From Candidatus Doudnabacteria bacterium (lineage in GTDB: Bacteria; Patescibacteriota; JAQUNI01), in assembly GCA_041644975.1 (NCBI GenBank), contig JBAZQX010000004.1, positions 9,189-73,188 on the forward strand: a DNA stretch of 64,000 bases. The letters are read 5' to 3'. This document shows positions 58,555 through 64,000 of the stretch, piece by piece (within the stretch, counting starts at the first letter, position 1; each line of letters opens with the position of its first letter). The notes beneath the pieces are model-generated. The model saw only the letters and a program-made list of their open reading frames with translations. It did no database searches and was not told where the DNA came from. Position numbers and translations under genes: made by a program.

Positions 58555-60000
58555 CTAGTACGCTTGAGCGAAGAGCCAGCGATGTTTTGCGTCTTTGCCG
58601 CAGTAAATACATTTACCTGTCTCTTCCTTTGCGTCAAGTTCTAAGCATCGCGCAGTCGCGCGAGTTTCTTCTTTAATCTTATCCTCGCATTCGCTCTTCT
58701 CACACCAAAAGGCGCGCAGAAAACCCCGCTCCTTCTTCATAATATCTTGAAACTCTAAATAAGAATCAATAAGATGAGTGTGCTCTTCCGTGAATTTCTG
58801 GTGTCGCTCGAAAATCTCTTTTTGCATTATCTCCAGGATCTTGTGAACACGGGATGACAACTCTGCAAGGTTTACTTTCTCTTTGACAAAATTATCGCGC
58901 CTGACTAAGGTCGCCGCTCCCGCTTTTATTTCCTGCTCGCCAATTTCTACGCGCAGGGGCACCCCTTTCAATTCCCACTTGTTGAATTTAAAACCCGCAG
59001 TTTCTCCTTCTCTTAAATCCACTTCCACATGGAAATTTTGGAGCGACTCTTTCACCTTTTCCGCAAAACCCAATACCTTGTCCTGACTTTCTGTTTTGAA
59101 TATTGGAATAATAATAACCTGTATGGGCGCGATTTGCGGAGGGAGAACCAAACCATTATCATCGCCGCCCGCCATCACAAGACCGCCGATGCTGCGCGTG
59201 GAGAGACCCCAGCTGTTCTGCCAAGGATAAAGATTGCGCCGATCTTTGTTTTGCACGGTCCAATGGAAAGCGCGCGAGAAGTTTTGACCCAAATCATGCG
59301 AAGTGCCGCCTTGAAGAGCCCTGCCGTCCGGCATCAAAATTTCAAAGCTAAAAGTTTTTGCCGCGCCGGCAAATTTTTCACTCTCGCTCTTCACGCCCGC
59401 AATACCATAAAGAGATAAAAGCTCATTGTAGACTTTTTTGTAGGTTTGAAGCGCCCACATTACTGTTTCCAGACTCTCTTCGTAAGTCGCGTGCGCGCAG
59501 TGCCCTTCCTGCCACAAAAATTCCGAAGTCCTTAAAAACAAATAGGTTCTTTTCTCCCAGCGCACTACATTATTCCACTGGTTAATCATAATCGGCAAGT
59601 CGCGCCAAGACCTCACCCATTTCTTGTACATTTCATACATCACGGTTTCCGAGGTGGGACGGATCACAAGCTTCTCCTTTAGTTTCTCGCCGCCTGCCTC
59701 CGTGACGATGGCCGTCTGCGGGGCAAATCCCGCCACATGTTCTTTTTCTCTATTTAAGAAACTTTCTGGAATAAAAAGGGGGAAATAAGCATTTTGGACG
59801 CCATGAGCTTTAATCAAAGTGTCAAGAAAGGCTTGAATTTTCTCCCACAAAGCGTAACCATAAGGCCTAATAACCATACAGCCCTTCACGGGCGCGTAAT
59901 CCGCGAGCTCCGCTTTCAAAATAACGTCTTGATACCACTTTCTTAAATCCTTGCTCTTTTTGGTAATTTGTTTCGCTTGTTCGGTTTTATTTTTAATCAT
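58555..60000 (-). CDS. proS: Proline--tRNA ligase (archaeal/eukaryotic-like type)
   Basis: RPTSET, FLRTSEFLWQEGH, SWGLSTR, C-terminal zinc domain ending AQAY. Confidence 0.97.
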   Translation of the reverse strand: MIKNKTEQAKQITKKSKDLRKWYQDVILKAELADYAPVKGCMVIRPYGYALWEKIQAFLDTLIKAHGVQNAYFPLFIPESFLNREKEHVAGFAPQTAIVTEAGGEKLKEKLVIRPTSETVMYEMYKKWVRSWRDLPIMINQWNNVVRWEKRTYLFLRTSEFLWQEGHCAHATYEESLETVMWALQTYKKVYNELLSLYGIAGVKSESEKFAGAAKTFSFEILMPDGRALQGGTSHDLGQNFSRAFHWTVQNKDRRNLYPWQNSWGLSTRSIGGLVMAGGDDNGLVLPPQIAPIQVIIIPIFKTESQDKVLGFAEKVKESLQNFHVEVDLREGETAGFKFNKWELKGVPLRVEIGEQEIKAGAATLVRRDNFVKEKVNLAELSSRVHKILEIMQKEIFERHQKFTEEHTHLIDSYLEFQDIMKKERGFLRAFWCEKSECEDKIKEETRATARCLELDAKEETGKCIYCGKDAKHRWLFAQAY

Positions 60001-60015
60001 ATGGATGCAAAAAAA

Positions 60016-61113
60016 TTAGAAGAACATTTTAATTTTATCCACAATGCCGAATTTTAAAACATCACGCGACGTAATCATTAACATCAATCCCATTAAAAGC
60101 ACAAAACCCACTGTATTAGCCCATCTTTCAAACTTCCGATTCAAAGGGTGGCGGATAATGCTTTCCACGCCTAAAAAGAGCAGACGCCCGCCATCCAAAG
60201 CGGGAAAAGGAAGGATATTGATAATCGCAAGATTAATAGAAAGAAGAGCGGTAAACTGCATTAAATAGACAAACCCTAAAGCAGTCGCGCGCCCCGTCAT
60301 CACCGCCACGCCCACGGGGCCAGACAGATCCGCGGAAACTTTTCCCGTCATAATAATGTTCGAAACGAGATCATACAAAGTCTGCGCAATGAATTTCACA
60401 GCATAGGCAGTATCTATAATTCCCGCTTTCACCGCCTGTAGCAGGGGATAAGAAATAATCGCGGTTTTTACAAGCCCCACGCCCATAGGACCGTCGCCCT
60501 CGGGAAAATTAACGCGCGGCGTCCCTTTGAGGGTGATTAATTCCTTACCCCTTTCAATAAAAAAGGTGGTTTCGCGACCGCGCGATGCGTTGATTATTTG
60601 CTGCATATCCTCTATTTCTTTAATCTCCTTGCCATTGATCTCGCGCACGGTATCGCCTACCTCCAAACCTGCGGCTTCGGCGGGCGAACCTTTATTCACC
60701 TCTAGAATCTGCACTTTAGGATCCTTAACATTGCCTTTAACCTCGCCCTCCACCGTCTGTGGCGCGCCAATCTTGTAGCCCGCGGAAATTAAGACAGCAG
60801 CTAAAACAAGATTCATCACGACCCCTGCCACCAAGGTGAGAGCGCGCTTGCCATAAGACTTAGAGGCAAAACTGCGCGGATCTTGTTCTTCTCCTCCGTC
60901 TTCACCCTGAATCTTGACAAAGCCGCCTAGAGGAATAAGATTCACCGAATAAACCGTCTCCCCGCGCCGCACGGCAAAAAGACGCGGGGGAAAGCCGAAA
61001 CCGAATTCTTCTACCCCCATCCCAAATTTCTTCGCCATCACAAAATGGCCCAACTCGTGGACAAAAATCAGCAAACCCAAAATTAAAATAAAAACAAAAA
61101 GAGTAAAAAACAT
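60016..61113 (-). CDS. rseP: RIP metalloprotease RseP
   Basis: HELGH, PDZ domain, NILPFPALDGG. Confidence 0.95.
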   Translation of the reverse strand: MFFTLFVFILILGLLIFVHELGHFVMAKKFGMGVEEFGFGFPPRLFAVRRGETVYSVNLIPLGGFVKIQGEDGGEEQDPRSFASKSYGKRALTLVAGVVMNLVLAAVLISAGYKIGAPQTVEGEVKGNVKDPKVQILEVNKGSPAEAAGLEVGDTVREINGKEIKEIEDMQQIINASRGRETTFFIERGKELITLKGTPRVNFPEGDGPMGVGLVKTAIISYPLLQAVKAGIIDTAYAVKFIAQTLYDLVSNIIMTGKVSADLSGPVGVAVMTGRATALGFVYLMQFTALLSINLAIINILPFPALDGGRLLFLGVESIIRHPLNRKFERWANTVGFVLLMGLMLMITSRDVLKFGIVDKIKMFF

Positions 61114-61281
61114 AGAAATTTCTAATTGACCTAAGAGGTCGCGCCTGCCTGCCGGCAGGCAGGCGAAAGCGCAACACGAGTAATTGCCCGCATTAGGTCG
61201 TTCAGACTCTAATGAGTCTTCAGACTCGAAGAGCGGATCTCCAAAGCGCGAAACGGTTAATTAGACTAATTAGACATTAGA

Positions 61282-61839
61282 TTAATGAGGCATTATTTCC
61301 TTCTCTTTCTTCTCGCTCATCGTTTCCAATTTCAGGGTATATTCCTTGGTCTTCTGATCCAATTCCTCCAAACCCCGAAACTTCTCATCCTCGGACATAG
61401 TCCCTTGTTTGGTCGCTTCTTGGACCTCTTCCCTGACTTTGTCGCGCCAATGCCGCAAAGTAATCCGACTCTGCTCCAGTTTTCCCCTCAAAACCTTGAC
61501 GAGCTGCTTCCTCCTCTCCTCCGTAAGATCAGGGAGTTTAATCCGAATGACATCCCCTTCTGTGCTGGGATTTAAACCGAGGGGGGAGCTAGCGATAGCC
61601 TTTTCCACCTCCTTGATCACATTTTGATCCCAAGGTCTCACCACTAACATATTCGGTTCCGGCGCGGAAATGCTGCCCAGTTCCCGAATCTGCATCCGCG
61701 AGCCGTAAACCTCGGCGACTAAATTTTCCACCAAAGAAGGATTTGCCCTGCCCGTCCGTATCCCCGCCAACTCTTCACTAAAATGCTTTAATACCGCTTC
61801 AAACTCGGAGACGTATTTTTTAAAGATTAACTCAAACAT
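61282..61839 (-). CDS. frr: Ribosome recycling factor
   Basis: IRTGRANP, LTEERRK, KEKEIM. Confidence 0.97.
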   Translation of the reverse strand: MFELIFKKYVSEFEAVLKHFSEELAGIRTGRANPSLVENLVAEVYGSRMQIRELGSISAPEPNMLVVRPWDQNVIKEVEKAIASSPLGLNPSTEGDVIRIKLPDLTEERRKQLVKVLRGKLEQSRITLRHWRDKVREEVQEATKQGTMSEDEKFRGLEELDQKTKEYTLKLETMSEKKEKEIMPH

Positions 61840-61982
61840 ATAGTGAACCCCATTAGAGAATTTCTTTATCTAACCCCGTTTAAAAATTTATTTTTAACGG
61901 GGTCAGCGTCTATATTTTTCCCACCATCCCGTTACAAATTTATTTGTAACAGGATGAACTTTCTCTAACGGGGGTAAAAAAA

Positions 61983-63029
61983 TTATTTTTTAACTGCTCT
62001 CAAACCTAAATAAATAGTGTTGGAATTCACAGGATGATACCTGATGATGTGGATCGCTTCAGCCGCATACATTTTGCGCACCTGCCAAGACTCGCCCTCG
62101 TTCACCGACTTAAAAACCGTATTCCCAGCGATAAAAAACAGCTCTTCTTGATTCTGGGGATTCACCGCGACCGCCACAATCGGCAAAGAGGCGGAGGGTG
62201 TTAAAGTCTTCATCGGCGTCCAAGTCCTGCCTTCATCTTGGCTTAGAAGCAAACCATAGCTCGTCGCCAGATAAAAAGTATTATTCCGCTTATCCCTTTC
62301 TAATTGGTAAATCCCCGACCCGCCCCTAAAGGGCTTTAAACCCTCTAGGGCAATCTCCGTCCAGGAAACGCCGCCGTCCTCGCTTTTAAAAATACCCTCG
62401 GTAGATGTCACATACCACATCATTCTAGAATCCTGCTCGTCTATCTGCAGCCTTCCTGTCTTCGCCGTAAGTTCTGCTAATTTAGTCCATGTTTTACCTT
62501 GATCCTCTGATTTCAAAATCCCGCCCCAACCCGTGGTGGTAATGATATTATTATGATTATACCAATCAATTACAACATTATAAAGAGGCTGTCCCGCTAT
62601 CGCATCGGCAAAAACCATCTCCCAATTTTCTCCGCCGTCACGCGTCGCGTAGAGCCGGCCTGCCCCGCCCGAAAACACGCTCACATACATAATCTTAGGG
62701 TCGTCAGAATCAATAGCCATATCCCAAACGTCCCCAATGGTGATTTTCGTTGTCGCCCAGGTGTCCCCGTTATTATGAGAAACATACATTCCCTTGCCTT
62801 CCGACCCGAGATAAATTGTCTGCGGGTCCGTGGGGTCAAAAATAATCTTTAAGATATTTAAAGTGGCAATGCTCTGTTTCTCATCAATCTTCACTTTGAA
62901 GGCCCAGGTCTCACCCCCGTCATCCGATCGCCAAATCCCCGCCTGCTTTGACTGAAAACAACCTGGCAGGCTCAAACCTAAAAAGAGGAGGGATATAGGG
63001 AGCAAAAGAAGGAACGATTTTCGGGTCAT
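61983..63029 (-). CDS. BNR/Asp-box beta-propeller lipoprotein
   Basis: Lipobox LPGC; repeated SxDGGxTW. Confidence 0.85.
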   Translation of the reverse strand: MTRKSFLLLLPISLLFLGLSLPGCFQSKQAGIWRSDDGGETWAFKVKIDEKQSIATLNILKIIFDPTDPQTIYLGSEGKGMYVSHNNGDTWATTKITIGDVWDMAIDSDDPKIMYVSVFSGGAGRLYATRDGGENWEMVFADAIAGQPLYNVVIDWYNHNNIITTTGWGGILKSEDQGKTWTKLAELTAKTGRLQIDEQDSRMMWYVTSTEGIFKSEDGGVSWTEIALEGLKPFRGGSGIYQLERDKRNNTFYLATSYGLLLSQDEGRTWTPMKTLTPSASLPIVAVAVNPQNQEELFFIAGNTVFKSVNEGESWQVRKMYAAEAIHIIRYHPVNSNTIYLGLRAVKK

Positions 63030-63034
63030 AAAAA

Positions 63035-63979
63035 TTAGATATTAATTAACAATGTTTCTAAAGCCAAACGTTTACTAATATTAAATTTTAAATTTTTCAA
63101 AATGGTTTGCGTCGTTTGCGCAAGAGACAAAACCTCTCGGCTGGCGTAAGCTTGGCTTGCCTTGGCAATCTCCGGAGTAAAATCAGGATTGCTCACTAAA
63201 TCCATGCAGTTATTCTTGGCTAAGATTAAATCGTGGTAAAAAGCAAGCCACTCTCTTAGCATCTGTTCTAAAACTTTGCCGTCACGAGAGACTTTTTCCG
63301 CAAAGATAAAACGCCGAGCTAAGGAATCACTTTTTAATTGGATCAGATTGCGGACATAATTTATTTTCTTTTCCACTTCCTCGGGGTTTTGAAAATAAGT
63401 CCAAGCCAATCCCGGACGCCCTTCCGAAAGATAAGCCAAGACGCGGGCTTGCTCCGGAGAGGCTCCCGCGCTTTTTAAAAAGCTTTCTATCTCCACCCGC
63501 GCGACGCGGTAAAACTTAAAAATCTGGCACCGCGAAACAATCGTGGGCAATAAAATTTTTATAGAGGGAGCGATTAAAATTAAAATCGTCTGTCCCGCTG
63601 GTTCTTCCAAAAGCTTTAAAAAAGAATTCGCCGCTGGTCGGTTCATCTTTTCCGCGTAGGGCAGAAAGGCGATTTTATAAGGAGCAGAATAAGGAGTAAG
63701 GGCAAGATGATGTTTCAATTCCCTCATCTGGTCAATCGTCACCAATTTTTCTCCCTCCACGATTTTCACATCTGGATGAACAGTTATCTTTTCCTTGTCT
63801 TCCAAATCCAAAATTTCCGCAATAAACCGCTTTGCGATTGCTTTTTTCCCTAAATGAGGATCGCCCGCAAAAAGATAGGCATGGGCAAAATTTTTCCGCA
63901 CCAAAATATGGCTCAAAATTTCAAGCTGAATTTTATGTCCCGCAATGCCGGAAAAAACATTCTTTGGAGGGTTCGCCAT
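63035..63979 (-). CDS. holB: DNA polymerase III delta-prime subunit
   Basis: AHAYLF.G..HPD..AANSFLKLLEEP..LPTIVSRCQ. Confidence 0.92.
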   Translation of the reverse strand: MANPPKNVFSGIAGHKIQLEILSHILVRKNFAHAYLFAGDPHLGKKAIAKRFIAEILDLEDKEKITVHPDVKIVEGEKLVTIDQMRELKHHLALTPYSAPYKIAFLPYAEKMNRPAANSFLKLLEEPAGQTILILIAPSIKILLPTIVSRCQIFKFYRVARVEIESFLKSAGASPEQARVLAYLSEGRPGLAWTYFQNPEEVEKKINYVRNLIQLKSDSLARRFIFAEKVSRDGKVLEQMLREWLAFYHDLILAKNNCMDLVSNPDFTPEIAKASQAYASREVLSLAQTTQTILKNLKFNISKRLALETLLINI

Positions 63980-64000
63980 ATTTTCTTTATCTGGCGCCTT

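Noticed and set aside
2107-62852. Numerous short antisense or overlapping ORFs in the track (e.g. 3066, 9293, 23203, 32687, 33829, 35174, 51591)
   Set aside because: They are shadows of real genes, the tRNA or repeats, with no recognisable motifs.

Overview
The window looks like a Patescibacteria/CPR (Parcubacteria-like) chromosome segment using genetic code 11. The assignment is an inference from gene content, AT-rich leaders and intergenic repeat types. The right two thirds (23.4-64 kb) are mostly housekeeping genes: dnaX, corA, cysS, dusB, dnaB-ybaB-recR, rplU, several glycosyltransferases, ftsQ, serS, lysS fused to an HD domain, greA, folD, mreBCD-mrdA, proS, rseP, frr and holB. ORFans and many REP/MITE-like repeats are scattered among them. 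The left third is an accessory region anchored at the 3' end of a tRNA-Gln(TTG) gene. It holds an integrated element of about 14 kb with an excisionase-like HTH, a primase-helicase, a large serine recombinase and surface-protein cargo. The attachment site lies inside the recombinase gene, so the integrated recombinase ends in a peptide read from the antisense of the tRNA. What appears to be its native tail (LGIVDxVRTI..EYIYIPDLSPQA*) occurs as several orphan copies at 1363, 6052, 7224, 9465 and 9758, which suggests repeated tandem integration and cargo accretion. A bipartite motif ATAGTGA-N6-GGGTRGGGT links these left ends to the end of the primase-helicase gene. The element also carries three unexplained structured-RNA candidates.
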